Assembly (NCBI GenBank): GCA_036867785.1
Contig: CP145409.1
Coordinates: forward strand, 248,001-312,000
DNA from: Plasmodiophora brassicae
Taxonomy: Eukaryota
Reading direction: 5' to 3'
DNA length: 64,000 nt
The notes under the pieces are model-generated. The model ran no database searches and was not told the DNA's origin. It was given only the letters and a program-made list of their open reading frames with translations. The translations under genes were made by a program, and so were the position numbers. How positions within the stretch are numbered: the first letter of the stretch is position 1; each line of letters opens with the position of its first letter. Below are positions 10,276 through 22,539 of this stretch, in pieces.

Positions 10276-10890
10276 TCAGGACGCGACAACGTCGTGGGTG
10301 CGGAGCTGGTGTTTCGTGAGGCTGGATTTCTGCTGGTACGACGCGCCGCATTCCTGGCACGAGTACTGCTTCTGGACAGAGTGCACCTTCATGTGCGTTG
10401 CCAGGTTGCCCTTCTGGGCGAACCGCACGCTGCAGATGGTGCACTGGAACGGGCGTTCGCCGTTGTGCACGCGCATGTGCCGCGTCAGGCTGCACTTGTC
10501 CGGGAACGATTTCGAGCACACTTCGCAGACCCGCTGCCCGTGCCGCACCATATGCATGCCTCGGTGCTGGTCGTCGACGACCACGTCGCAAACTGGGCAT
10601 CTCCAGAGATTCGCGTGGTCGAATTCCGCGTGGCGCTGGGGGAGAATGGTAAACGCGCCCGTTGGCCTTGGCGGCGGGACCGTCATTGAGAAGGGCGCCG
10701 CGGGGACCCGCTCAGATTGTAACTGTACAGGAACGAACTTCGAGGCGTTCACGACCCGAAATGCCCGAGGGCAGATAGAGATCGTCTTGAGCGGACCGGG
10801 CATGGTCGACGGTCTGCGGCTGACAACCCGGAACGCGTTGTGGAAAGTCGGCATGACGACTTGCGACGGGTGTGGCGCGCTCGTCGACAT
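10276..10890 (-). CDS. C2H2 zinc-finger protein
   Basis: CEVCSKSF...LTRHMRVHNGERPFQCTIC...LATHMKVH...CQECGASY...LTKHQLRTH; duplicated N-terminal AFRVV motif. Confidence 0.9.
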   Translation of the reverse strand: MSTSAPHPSQVVMPTFHNAFRVVSRRPSTMPGPLKTISICPRAFRVVNASKFVPVQLQSERVPAAPFSMTVPPPRPTGAFTILPQRHAEFDHANLWRCPVCDVVVDDQHRGMHMVRHGQRVCEVCSKSFPDKCSLTRHMRVHNGERPFQCTICSVRFAQKGNLATHMKVHSVQKQYSCQECGASYQQKSSLTKHQLRTHDVVAS

Positions 10891-11111
10891 CGTTAAATTA
10901 CTGGGACGGTCGCGTCTGCTGCGAATCTACAAGAATGATGGGCAGACAACGGGGACGGCCCTGGCGAGATTTCATCTGGCAATGTCAACTGGCGGTGATG
11001 CTTCGTGACTCACACGGGCGTCCGTTCATCATGATATCAAGCGCGTCGGGGTCGGCGCTGACCTGACCCCTGGCCGGCGCGTCTCTGACGTCACGCGTGC
11101 GCTCTTCCGGT

Positions 11112-14095
11112 TCACAATACAGGCGCGCCGGTCCGATTTATATCGTAGATGATGTCCTCCAGCGGCGTCATGGCCATCTTGACACGCGCAGCCACGATCG
11201 GTCTGGCGATTCGATGCCGAATGTACAGCGACCGAAGCACGACGTCGTTGACCAGGGCGTCCAGGCGCGCCTCCAGCGGGGCCAACGCCGGGCACTTTCT
11301 GTACATGGCCGCCAGGGCCAGCATGGCGAACTCGAACTCGTAGAACAGCATGGTCTGCGCGCCCTCCCGCAGCAACGCACCCGTGAACACCTTCTGGACA
11401 TCGTGCCTGCGGAACGAAAACAGGTCGTTCGTCGGGTCGCCTACCAGCGCCCTTGCCAGCGAATCGAACCCATCATACGTCATCTCGACGGACGTGGAGA
11501 CGTTCAGCTCGCGTACGCCGATGAAAGCGGCGAACAGGGCAACGAGGATCGTGTGGTGCGCACGCACCCGCTCCCGGACGCGGGCGTCCAGGCACTTCAG
11601 CCGGAACCGCTGGCGCCCGTCTAGCGCGAGCACGGTGGCGCGTTTATCGCCGATCGCGATCGGTTTCGCCAGGCGCGTCCTGCAGAACCGGTCGAGGCGC
11701 GTGCCGAGGTGCGCGTACCGGTTCGAGTGCAGGTACGTGGCCTGGGCCAGGCGCACGAACAGGACGACGAACCCGGCGAGGTCGACAGATGCGGACGCGG
11801 GCGGCCAGACGGACTCGATGACGGCCGGCGGCGTCGATCGTCCCATCAGGCGGAAGTGCAGCGCCACGACCCAGAACGTCGGCAGGTCCAGGCGCCCGGT
11901 CACCAGGCTGCAGTGCGAGCTGAACAGGTCGTGCAACGTCGGCAGCCATCGTTCCAGCGCGTCACCGATCTCGGTGCCCTGCGTCGACAGACCGCTGACG
12001 ACGGCCTGGAACGTCGCCGAGCCTCGCACCGCGTCGTAGGCGCGTCGATCGCGCGCCACGATGCGCACGATCAGCTCGCACCTGAGCGACATCTCTGAGG
12101 CGCGCATCAAGGCCTCGACCGCATCATCGTCGTCGTCGTCGTCGTTGTCGCCGTGATCAGCGTGAACGCCTGGCGCACGCGGAGACGACAGCCGGTCAGC
12201 GGTCGCGTTCCAGCTGCGAACGACACGATCTTCGACGCCGGCCATGACGTCGCCAGTGCATTCCCGGACGTCGCCGACGACGACGCTGGGTCGCCGCTGA
12301 TCCGCGCCGCACTGCTCGACGACGGCAACGCATCCTGCATCGACGAGCCAGGCCATGGCGCTCTTCATGGCCAGCGGCGACGAACCCGAGAAGAACGCGC
12401 GCACGACCGCGTCGATTTCGGGCGTCGCCCGCCCGCCCGACGCCCTGCCTTGCCGGACGACGAGCGCGCCGCTGCGCTCCAGATCGTTGAACAGGAGCTC
12501 CAGGCCGTTCTGCATCTGCAGCGACGTCGGCCCGGTCAGATGGCGTAGGAGCGCCCAGTGGAACCCCCAGGGCGACGACCGCGTCTCGGCGCTGCCCAGC
12601 ACGCATCGCCAACGACAACGCGGGTGCCCCCCGTGTGACGACAGTGTCGAGATCAGGTCCAAGACGTCGCTGCAGCGCTGCGCGATCCCATCCAGGTAGC
12701 CCTGGCGGCGCTGCACGCACCCGGACAGGGCGGCACGCACCGCGCGCACCTTCGTCAACGTCGCTTCCTCGGTGGCCAGCTGCCCGTCCAGGTCCCGGAA
12801 CGCGTTGTCAGTGAACGGCAGGCGCAGGCGCAGATCGGTCAGCTCGGTCGACATCGCCTGCGATTCGTCGTGCAGGCGCGCGATGGTGTCCTGGGCGGCG
12901 GCGAGGCGCGCGCTCCCGTTCACGAGGCGCCACGCCTGCATGACGGGGCGCATCGTGCGCCGGGCGCGTTCCGCCTGGCGGTGCGCGACGACCTGGGCGA
13001 TCTTCGAGCGGCGCTGCCGGTTGCCCCGACAGTATGCCGCCAGGGCGCGGAAGACGGGCGCGACGATGCGGCGGTTCCACGCGTCGGAGAAGTCGTGCAT
13101 CTTCCGGACCCACTGCAGCACCCGCTGGCGTCGCCGACGACGACGCTCGGCGACCTGCCTGTCGAGGTCGTCCATTTGACGACGCAGGACGCGCAGCGAT
13201 GCTCGCATGTCGGTGTGCTGCTTGAAGAAGGGGACGTACCCGGCCGACGGGTCGGGGTGCGGCCGCCCCGTGAACAGCGCGTACCCGATGTGCGTCGCGA
13301 GCTCTGCGACGGCGGCCCCTCCCGTTTCAGGACGTCGCCAGGCATCGAAGCCGACGCGGACGAACCGTTTAGGTCGGGGTCGTTGATGACGCGTTCGAAC
13401 ATCATGTTCAGCATGTCGAACGTGATCCAGGCGACGAACTCGTTCGGGAGCGCCAGGCCCTCGACGACGATCGCCAGTTCCGCCAGGCGCACGCGGCAGA
13501 ACGACTGCACAACCGTCGTCATCAACCGGCTGCCGAGACGTCGTGTGTGATGCCCCCGTACGATTGGGGAGCTGAATCGCGACCGCTCGGCGCAGTACTC
13601 GTGCGTCCAGCGCTCCATCAGGACGCGAGCGTGCGCGTCGCCATCCGGCGCCAGGATGCCCAGGTACTCGCCGGCCGTCGCGGACCGCTTCAGGACGCCT
13701 GCACCCACATCGTTTCAGGGGCCGCGATCCCGTTCGCCGCCTCAGCTGCGCTGTCGCCATCGCCTACCGAAACGGTAGAGCTGGTTGGAGGGCGGCGGCC
13801 TCGTTGTCGTCAGGAACGACACGCTGCAGGCCGGTAGGGCGCCGATAAGCGCAGGCCCGCGCCCATGGACCATCCGACCACACGAACGACGCTGCTGCTC
13901 GTCGACTGGTTCGGTGGTGGGCGCCCTCCGCCGACCCAGAAGCGCCTCGGTCTTTGACCGCCTCATCGAACCCGATCGTGGGCCCAGCAGCAGACTGGGC
14001 GTCACAACGTCCATCGAGGGCGTGTGCGCCCGTTCTGGTATACCCGGCAACACGGACGACGGCGACCGAGGTCGCCGCCCCGCATCCGCACCCAT
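11112..14095 (-). CDS. Large hypothetical protein (coiled coil plus EF-hand-like helical C-terminus), probably multi-exon
   Basis: Three consecutive protein-like frames (13742-14095, 12920-13708, 11112-about 13300); coiled-coil segment and C-terminal helical repeats (VDLAGFVVLFVRLA, MLFYEFEFAMLALA); exon joins not resolved. Confidence 0.55.
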
Positions 14096-14159
14096 TAAAC
14101 AAGCGGATCGCAGACAGTACAGCGCAGCGTTTGCTGTCATTGTATTCGAGTGCAACGCG

Positions 14160-14861
14160 TCACGATGCCGCCGAGTACATCTGGCCGCCACCCCCGTTGA
14201 TGCCGTTCGTGTATGTCGGCCCCGCCCCGGTGCCCGACGCCCACGGCGCCGACGCGCTCGACTGCGGAAGGACGCGCGGGATCCGCCCGGCGTTCCTCGC
14301 CTGGATGCCGTTGTCCGTCCACTGCGACGACGACGACGACGCGCCGCTGTACGTCGCCGACGCCGCCGAGCCGAACGCCGACCCGCCGACGCCGCCGTCG
14401 CGTTGACTGCGCCGGAACAACGACCCGCCGGTGGCGTAGTTCGCGACGGCGGCGCCGGCGCCGGCGGGGCCCCAGACGCTGCCGGCGGCGGGCGCTCCGG
14501 AGCCGGCCCGAGGCGACGGGATCGGGTTGTAGACGCAGGCGATGATGATCCCGCCGAAGCAGTTGGCTTTGGCGCACCCGACCCGGGTGGTCGACGCGAA
14601 CGCGCTCTGCACGGCGACGGGGGACGCGGGGGCGGACCCGCCGACCAGCGACGGTTGTGTGGGGTCGGTGGGGGTCGGGCAGCGTGTGGCCAGCTGCGCC
14701 GCCTGGGCCTCCATGTCTCTGCAGTACGTCAGCGACGGCATCGACAGCATCGCACGCTGCTGGTTCAGGTCGGCCAGGACGCGCTGTTGCTCGCTGGCGT
14801 CGAGCAGCATCTGGCCGGACGCAAGCGCGGCGGCCGTGACGACGGTGACGAGCGACAGCAT
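14160..14861 (-). CDS. Secreted degenerate CAP/SCP (PR-1-like) protein with Ser/Gly/Ala-rich tail
   Basis: Signal peptide MLSLVTVVTAAALASG; VLADLNQQRA...MPSLTYCRDMEAQAAQLATRC and STTRVGCAKANC...IIACVYNP are CAP signatures. Confidence 0.75.
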   Translation of the reverse strand: MLSLVTVVTAAALASGQMLLDASEQQRVLADLNQQRAMLSMPSLTYCRDMEAQAAQLATRCPTPTDPTQPSLVGGSAPASPVAVQSAFASTTRVGCAKANCFGGIIIACVYNPIPSPRAGSGAPAAGSVWGPAGAGAAVANYATGGSLFRRSQRDGGVGGSAFGSAASATYSGASSSSSQWTDNGIQARNAGRIPRVLPQSSASAPWASGTGAGPTYTNGINGGGGQMYSAAS

Positions 14862-15154
14862 CGTGGTGGTGCGCGGCGGTGGTTTGGAGGGCGACGGGTT
14901 TGGAATGGGCCCACATCGGAAGTTGGTCGCCCGAGAGATGGTTGGAGCTCCGGGGGCACGTGAGTCACGCCCCTCGCGCCGAAAGAATGACGCGTTGTGA
15001 TCGACCGGCACCCGCGCGGGGTGTGATGGAACTTTGCAGCCGGGGGACCCTGCTTCGACCGGCTATGTGAGCCACAAGCGGCTGCAGGCGATGGTGTCCA
15101 CATGTCGTTGGCCCAGGTCCGGGACCATTCGGTCGTGACCGCCATTCCGACAAA

Positions 15155-15823
15155 ATGATGTCGCCGAAGCTGACGCTCGTGTCGCTGGACAGCACGTGCG
15201 GCCTGACGGACGCGATCCGCCTGTGCCTGTTCATGGGCGACGTCAAGTACAACGACGACCGGGTGTCCTGGGATGCGTTCGAGCGCATGAAGGAGGACCT
15301 GCCGTTCCAGGAGGTGCCCATCCTCAAGATCGATGACGAGGTCCTGTCGACGCCCGGAGCGATTGCCCGGTTCGTTGCCCGCCTGGTCAAGTTCTACCCG
15401 GTCGAGATCGCGAAGGACGACATGATGTCCTGCGCGTGCATCGACGAGATCATGGAGGCGTGCGTCGACCTGTCGCGTCGCATCCACATGTCGATGGCGA
15501 GGCGCGACCAGGACGACGATGAGCGCAAGCGCCGCGCGTGCATGCGTGAGCACTTGGCGAAGCACGTGCTGCCGCGCTGGCTGAACGACATTGACCAGAT
15601 CCTCGAGCGCAACGAGGAGTCTGGCTTTGCGGTCGGCAACTGCATGACGATCGCCGACCTGTTCCTCTACTGCATGATCCAGCTGCTGCGCCACGGCGAC
15701 GTGGACAACGTTCCCAAGGGCCTGGTCGAGCGTTGCGAGAACGTGCACCGGCACTGGAAGATCATGTCCAAGGAACCCAAGATCGTCGAGTGGACCAAGA
15801 ACCACCCGAGCAAGCCGATGTGA
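15155..15823 (+). CDS. Glutathione S-transferase, sigma-like, with atypical G-site
   Basis: AIRLCLFMGDVKYNDDRV, LPFQEVPILKID, AIARFVAR, FAVGNCMTIADL; single exon, 222 aa. Confidence 0.9.
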   Translation: MMSPKLTLVSLDSTCGLTDAIRLCLFMGDVKYNDDRVSWDAFERMKEDLPFQEVPILKIDDEVLSTPGAIARFVARLVKFYPVEIAKDDMMSCACIDEIMEACVDLSRRIHMSMARRDQDDDERKRRACMREHLAKHVLPRWLNDIDQILERNEESGFAVGNCMTIADLFLYCMIQLLRHGDVDNVPKGLVERCENVHRHWKIMSKEPKIVEWTKNHPSKPM

Positions 15824-15941
15824 GAGCGCGCATGACGTTCGCCGCCTGCCGATTTGCCGGTCCTCTTTGCTAGTCGTAATACAAGAGGGGTGCGCCGTTG
15901 AGGTATCTATTGTATATATTGTCCCGTTGTGGCAATACCCA

Positions 15942-18900
15942 TTAGTGATATAAGCGCTCGAACCTTGCCAGAGCGTCCTCCTCTCTGCTGAGAGCTGCTA
16001 GCCGATCGTCGGGCACCAGCATGAGCAGCATTCGCGTGCGCTGACGTTCGCTGTCGAGGTGCGCGACGAGCGGACAGACAACGAACCGGTACTGGATCGC
16101 TACGAGGACGATGAATACAATTAAGGATACGGCCTCGACAGTCAGCAACGATCGCAGAATGGTGCCGCCCACAGACAGATACAGGTTCTGGCTGGCCATC
16201 TCCAGGTGGTCCAGGTGCAGGTACCACAGATTCATGAGATCGCCAAGGGCACCGTTGCTGGCAGTCGACGACAGCTGTTCGGGCGTCATACGAGTCCAGG
16301 CGCCCGATGAGGCAGGTGCCGGTGCCAGCACAGCATTGTCGATACGGGCGCCGACCGTCGATATCAGGCCGACGACGACTTGAACGAAATCACGATGGGC
16401 GCGGTGCAGGCCGTGCGCCAGCAGACCGTTCTGAAACAGGCGACAGTCTCGCTCCGTCAGGTTGTACCCATCATTGAACCAGGGGCATGCGTCCTGCATC
16501 ATCAGGTCGAACTGGGCGTTGACGTCGGCAGTGGAGTGGGACCCGGTGCCCGTCAGGACGCCGGGTACGTTTGACGATGGGTTGCCGTATATCAGGGTGT
16601 CCTCGGACGACTCGAACAGCGACAGCGACGATTGCACCTGGCCAGAGATATCAAACGCGCCTGCGCCCGTCTGGATGGACATGGCGGTCGCCTCCAGATG
16701 CAATAGCAATGCGACTTTCATCGCCGAATAACGTCGTTGTCCTGCCAGCATGCCATGCGAAGGGAGGCGCTGGGCAACCGCGACAGCTGTCGAAATTTCA
16801 GCGCCGATCACACTGCAGTACACAAGCGCGATGACAACGATTGTCGCGATACGGGCCAGTAGTGCCCAGTTTCGCCCACGAATGCGCTTCGGTAGGCCGC
16901 CTGACTTCCCTACCGATGACTTCTTGCGAGAGTTCGCAGACTGGCGTGCGCCCTCGCGTGCCTCTCTCAGCGAAAGTTCTGTGCATCCATGTACAACTTC
17001 CAGCCGGTCGATAATGCCGTCCCGAATGGCTGCAATTGATGCAGATGGAAGATCGGTTAGGAACCCCAGCGTTTCCCGCTTGGAGCTCTCTATCCGTTGG
17101 AGAATTGGCGTGACGGTCGCGACCGACGCGGACAGAAGCATGAGAGTCATGACGGCAATGCCCACGCCGAGTGCATCTACGTCAAACGGCCCCGTGGTTA
17201 GATGGGGAATTACGGAGCGCGACAAGGTATTGCATCTCCTACCGAACGATGTCAAACGGGCCTGGCTTTCAGTCGCCAGAATCGCCGATGTTGAAACGAG
17301 CGTGCTGAAGAGCGACGACGGCAATGTGTCGACAGAGTTAGCCAGGATGAAGAATACGATATCGTTCCCGGATGTGAACTCCGACAGAGGCATCGCTGCT
17401 GCTTGCGCGGCCGCCGTCGAGAACGCAGATGCCGCATCGTTTGTGCCACACATACGAGTCAACGTCCCGTAAGTAGCGTTCCTCGTTTGCACGAGATACG
17501 TCAGCGCGACGGTAGGCTGTTCGTACTTGGACACCAAATCATCACTGAACGTGCTCAGATCTGGAACAGCCAAACATCAGCGTGGTTCGGTCACAGCAAG
17601 CAACACTGTGTAACATACCACTGAAGATTGCTGCATCGGCATTGCCCAACGACGAAGAGGCCCGATACAGATCAGAACGGATAGCTGTTTCGCTAAGGAT
17701 GGGCGAGAGTTGGACCCCTTTGCGAAGCATCATCAGATAGTGCACGCAGAATGCGATTTGGAGGACGTCATGCGGCCGATTAACGGCACCTGCAGCAACA
17801 CTCTGCATCGCCAAGAACTTGTTCACATTCATAACGTGGACTGACGTGAACACAACCGCAACGATGACGACAATGATGTCGGAAATGCAGAGAACATTGC
17901 GAAAGACTTTCAGGGAAGGTTCCATACCACGAGACTGCGAGCTCAAGAGCGTCCTCCTCATTTGAAGCGCACAGGCAGATGTCGCCTCATCACAAGGGGC
18001 AGACGTCACTGCCTTCATGTCATATCGTCGTGTGAATCGCGACGACATCGACGCTAGCGATGATGTGGAGCGGCGTGATGAGCGAGGACCATGCGCACTG
18101 GAGGCACGGGACGAGTTCTTCGAGACCGCGCTTACGTCTGACGACGCGTCGGAATCATCAGAAGAGGATCCCGGAGCACTCGACACCTGTGCCATCCCTC
18201 GAGACTCTTTCGCATTACGAGCCGGTGCCGAGAACACCATCGGCTGCGGCGAAGGAACCGAACAGACAGTGCCGGTACGATGCGTTTGCAGGTCAGACAA
18301 CGACGGCACATTCTTGAGCGTCATCACAGACGCGCTCTTACGTCGCTGATGTTGCGGTGACGGTGCCGAAGCCAATTCGGAAATGGAGGGGCTTTCACTC
18401 TGCTGTGAACCCATTTTACCCGAGGGGGATGAACTCGTTAAGGACCGACGATGTGCCGATGATGCTCTAAGTGCCGACCGGACGGACGAACATGTTTCCC
18501 GTGGCATACTGGGCCCGGCGATCGCCATGCGACCGCCAGACTTCAAATCAACTTGCATGCTTTGACGACGCGAACCTGCTCTTGAAGGGTTGATCAGCGC
18601 ACCCGGATCGGTTGTGTCTTGTACACCTGGAGACCGTGCGGGTGACGATATCGTCGATTTCGGGCTGGCGTTTGCAACCGTCGCCCGTCTGTCATTCGGT
18701 ACAGCTTGCAACCTTGTCGATGTCCCGATCAACACATCATCGTCGATTGCACTGGTCGACGGTTTCGACACAACGATGTCGATGACATCAAACGTAACAT
18801 CACCCAATGTGAGTTCTTCGACATGTACGTCGATGGCACCGGGATCGTCAAGCGCCTCGCGAGTATTCATCGAAGTGGGATGCCATCCTGGTTTGACGAA

Positions 18901-21111
18901 AACGTCGCGTTCGTCGCTGTAGTTCTGAATCAGATCATCGGTGGTTATTGCCTCGTTCTTGTCGTCGATCCGCATCAAGACGCCGGCTCCCGTTGTCATG
19001 GCACTCACAACGCCAGTGACAGGATCGGCCAGGATTAAGTGTCTGGTCGTTCGTGCTGGGCGTATGGACGCGTAAATGACGAACATGAGGCCATCCTGGC
19101 TGAAAGGACGAAGTGTAACCGTGACCGACACCATGTCGCGTCTAGTGTCGCGCACGAACGCCTGAATGGGCCGATTGAACAAATGCTCGGAACCTTCATC
19201 CAGATACCGATCGCACGCGGACGGCAATACGATGGAGAGAGGCGGAAGCAACAATTCGGATTGGTCAGAGCCAATCAGAGCACGACCGAACAGGGTGGCA
19301 GCTTGCTCGTTAACGTCAAGGACGGTGCCCTGATGTACACCTTGGTCTGGGTCGTCGCATGCCGCGATGATAACGGTGGGCGTCGACTCGTCGAACTCAT
19401 CCGCTGCACGTCGTTGCATGTTGACAGCACGCTCAGCTTTCCTGTAAGTTCGGTCAGCGGAGTCAGCGTCGTTGAGGACCGTAATCTGGAAACCGCCGAA
19501 CAGGTCCAGGACCTTTGTGTTGTTCGGCGAATGCTTCAGTAGCTGTTGATAGCTTTCCTGAGCCTTCTTCGTAACGGCCGCGAGCTCGTCGGCGATGGGA
19601 ATGAGTTTGGCCATATCTGGCTCAGGTCTGTCCAGTTCATTCCAGAACGCGACAAGCGTCTTGCACGACTGCATGTCGCACGAGCAGGCATCCTGCATGT
19701 ACTTCTGCATGCTCGCGAACGCAACGATGCCCTTGGATGCCCCTGGTGTCGATTCGACATTCTCACGAAGCCTGTGTTTCTGCTTGAAAATGTAGAAGGC
19801 CTGTGACATGGATGGGTGGCACAATTCGGCCTGAAGCAATGCACGTCGTGCCAACAACGGCGAATGCCTGATGCTCAGCAGGAACACTGACTGGAACATG
19901 TAGAGAAAAGCCGATCGTGGAAACCTCTCGTGGGCGGCTGCGAACTTCAACGGAATCGCATCAAGCTCTTCCTGCGTGGGGTTACGAGCATCTTTCGGTC
20001 TGCAGCAAAGCTCCACTTCAAAGACGTTCCTGCATCGCTCAATGGAAACTTGATCCAGTGCAAGACGTCGTAGTCGGACCAGCATCAGCGTGATCGGTAT
20101 GAGAAGCACGAACCCGACAAAGAACAAGACAGTTACGCTGGTCGATTCAGGTACAATCAGACGCGCACCTGTGCCAGCGCACACGCACCACGCCGTCAGA
20201 GCCGACAGAACCGCACCGACTTCGTTTGCGTGAGGTCTGTAGAAAGGCTGGTACTCGATTGACAAGTACGTCGGGGGCACGGTGCACAATAAGGTGAATA
20301 TGACCCAGAACCATTTCACTTCGGCTTGACTCGCCCAGCTTTTGTGCCAGATGACATCCGATAGCAGAACGAGTGCCGTCTTGATGGCAAGACGGAGCTG
20401 ATCCAACTGAGCGTGCGGACGCGTAACAGGGGAATCGGCCGCCGGGTCAGCGTCAAAGAAGGTAGCAGCGACAAACAGGGACACACTAATATAGGCCACG
20501 CCAGCGATGACGGTGACAACCGAGAGCACGCCGCAAGCGGCAGGTGAAAGAGTCGTCGGTTTCACGATGCAGTCAAGACCAGAGACGAGCGTCATAAGAA
20601 CAGGGATGTAAAGGTAGGTGACCAAGGCACCCGCTATGGTCCTCAGTGAGACGATACTCCACAAATGTTTAAACTTGCCCGTTTGCCAAGCATATCCGAC
20701 GTAAATGCCATTCACAAGCGATGCGATAATGACGGCGAGGCAGAAGAAGATGGCGGATTCGCCGCCAACCAAACCGATCAGGTCTTCGGTAAGCGTGAAC
20801 AGGGATACGAATTGTGCCCACAGTTCAATAGAAGGATCGAGGTCGAACGGCATTGAAGATTGGCTAGGCAGGACCAGGGCCATCATCTGAAACGCCTCGA
20901 CGACCTCGACAACAATATTAGTCCAGTCAGAATGCTGTGTCGTCTTGGACATGACGTAGAGGGCAGTGATGAACCCTTGCTTAAGCCAGGCCATCCATCG
21001 GTAGTACCAGCGGGGCATGAGACCCCCGTCGATATCCATACCGGCAATCGCCGACGCCCCGTTGTAAAGGGTGACCTCAAAGTCGTCGTCATTGTCGGTA
21101 CGGTGCTCCAT
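15942..21111 (-). CDS. TmcB/TmcC-like multi-pass membrane protein with TPR-like region and PAS domain (paralog 1)
   Basis: About 9 N-terminal TM segments with YQPFY and VFEVELCCRP motifs, FWNEL...YQQLL TPR-like region, PAS (GTVLDVNEQAATLFG), Ser-rich linker and C-terminal TMs; one intron at about 17563-17618. Confidence 0.8.
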
Positions 21112-21394
21112 GGCCCGAGGTGATAGCCACTGCTAGGCCATGAAGAATGGGCGTCCCCTAGAGCTAATGTAGAACGCGATCTGGGAGTACCGACCAACAG
21201 TACCCCGTGCAAGGTGGCAAGCGATCCCCCGCGATCAGATTCTGTGTCAACGTGTAAACCAACATTCCCACGTAGGTACATAGTCACAAGTTTCGTGCCG
21301 TGAGTCACGTTCACCCAGTTTCCGACGGATGGCCCCAATGCAAGGGCGGGAATCTGCAAACGTCTTGTTCGTATTCTTCTCCTCGACGTTATAT

Positions 21395-22279
21395 ATGCAG
21401 CGTTGGGCACAGCGCCTGTTGTCCTTTCAGCAACTGGCCGCATCCCCCTGTCGTTTCTCAACCAGATCGACAACTCGTCAACTTGCGCAGGCGTTCATCG
21501 ATGATATCACCAGGATGAAACGCGAGATCGCGTACAAAGATGCAGGCGTCCGCCTTATTGCTTTCAGGATCACCACTCCTGACGGCATCCACGACGACGT
21601 CGGCATTCGTCAGTATGTGGCGAGCGTGAAGCGCATGTCGAAGTCCATTGGCGGCATCAAGTTCGAGGTCCGCGATATCGCCCCCGAGCAAGTAGAGGAT
21701 GCTGTCAGTCAGGCCAACGGCGACGATTCCGTCCATGCCATTCTCGTATTGCGCCCGGGTCACCACGCCAAACACGCGCGTAGCCTGATAGCGGCACCGA
21801 AGGATGTAGAGAAGGACGAGATCGCTGCCAGTGCGGTCACGCACATCTGCGAACAGCACAATGCGATTCGCGGGCGCACCTTGACCGTTATCAACGACTC
21901 GTCAACGCTCGGTAGGCCGCTTGCCCGACTTCTCGTCGAACGTCATGCCGCATCAGTCTTCACGATCGACGTTGAGACCGGCGCCGTCTTCGAGCACTCG
22001 CAAGATGGCGTATCACGTCGATCGACTTCATCCTTTCGGGACGCATGCTCGTCGTCATCGACCATCGTTGTCGCGCCCAGCGACGCGAATTTTACGATCC
22101 CGCCCGACTGGGTGAAGCCGGGATCCGTTGTCGTCAACGTCAGTCCACACGGTGACGCGGCATTAGACCGCGTGGACCAGGACCGGGTCGCCGTCGTCGA
22201 CCACGTCGGCGCCGTCACCGTCGCCATTCTGTTGAGGAACGCCTTTCATCTCGCGCGCGCCGCGTCGAAATCAAAATAA
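21395..22279 (+). CDS. MTD1-like NAD-dependent methylenetetrahydrofolate dehydrogenase homolog (FolD family), divergent, putatively mitochondrial
   Basis: ANGDDSVHAILV, KDVE, GRTLTVINDSSTLGRPLARLL, WVKPGSVVVNV, VGAVTVAILLRN; N-terminus R/S-rich and free of acidic residues. Confidence 0.75.
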   Translation: MQRWAQRLLSFQQLAASPCRFSTRSTTRQLAQAFIDDITRMKREIAYKDAGVRLIAFRITTPDGIHDDVGIRQYVASVKRMSKSIGGIKFEVRDIAPEQVEDAVSQANGDDSVHAILVLRPGHHAKHARSLIAAPKDVEKDEIAASAVTHICEQHNAIRGRTLTVINDSSTLGRPLARLLVERHAASVFTIDVETGAVFEHSQDGVSRRSTSSFRDACSSSSTIVVAPSDANFTIPPDWVKPGSVVVNVSPHGDAALDRVDQDRVAVVDHVGAVTVAILLRNAFHLARAASKSK

Positions 22280-22539
22280 ACGTCATGTTTGGTATATCGA
22301 CACCTGCTGTACGGAAGTAGGTACATACGACGGTCAAAGTTCGAGACAACCCGCCGAAAGTTTGATTGACGGGTATATTCAGAGTTTTAATCTGCATAGA
22401 TGATCGTTATAGGACACGTCCGGACGACCAATCCAGACGAGGCCGGTACAGCCGTATAGGGCGTCGACCCTGCCTCAGCCTATGCTGCTAGGCTGGAACT
22501 GAATCCGACAGGCCCAGGGGTTTAAAAATGCTTTTCCGT

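Noticed and set aside
7829-10890. Functional link between the tRNA-Cys cluster and the adjacent Cys-rich zinc-finger genes
   Set aside because: tRNAs act in trans, and nothing in the sequence supports more than coincidence
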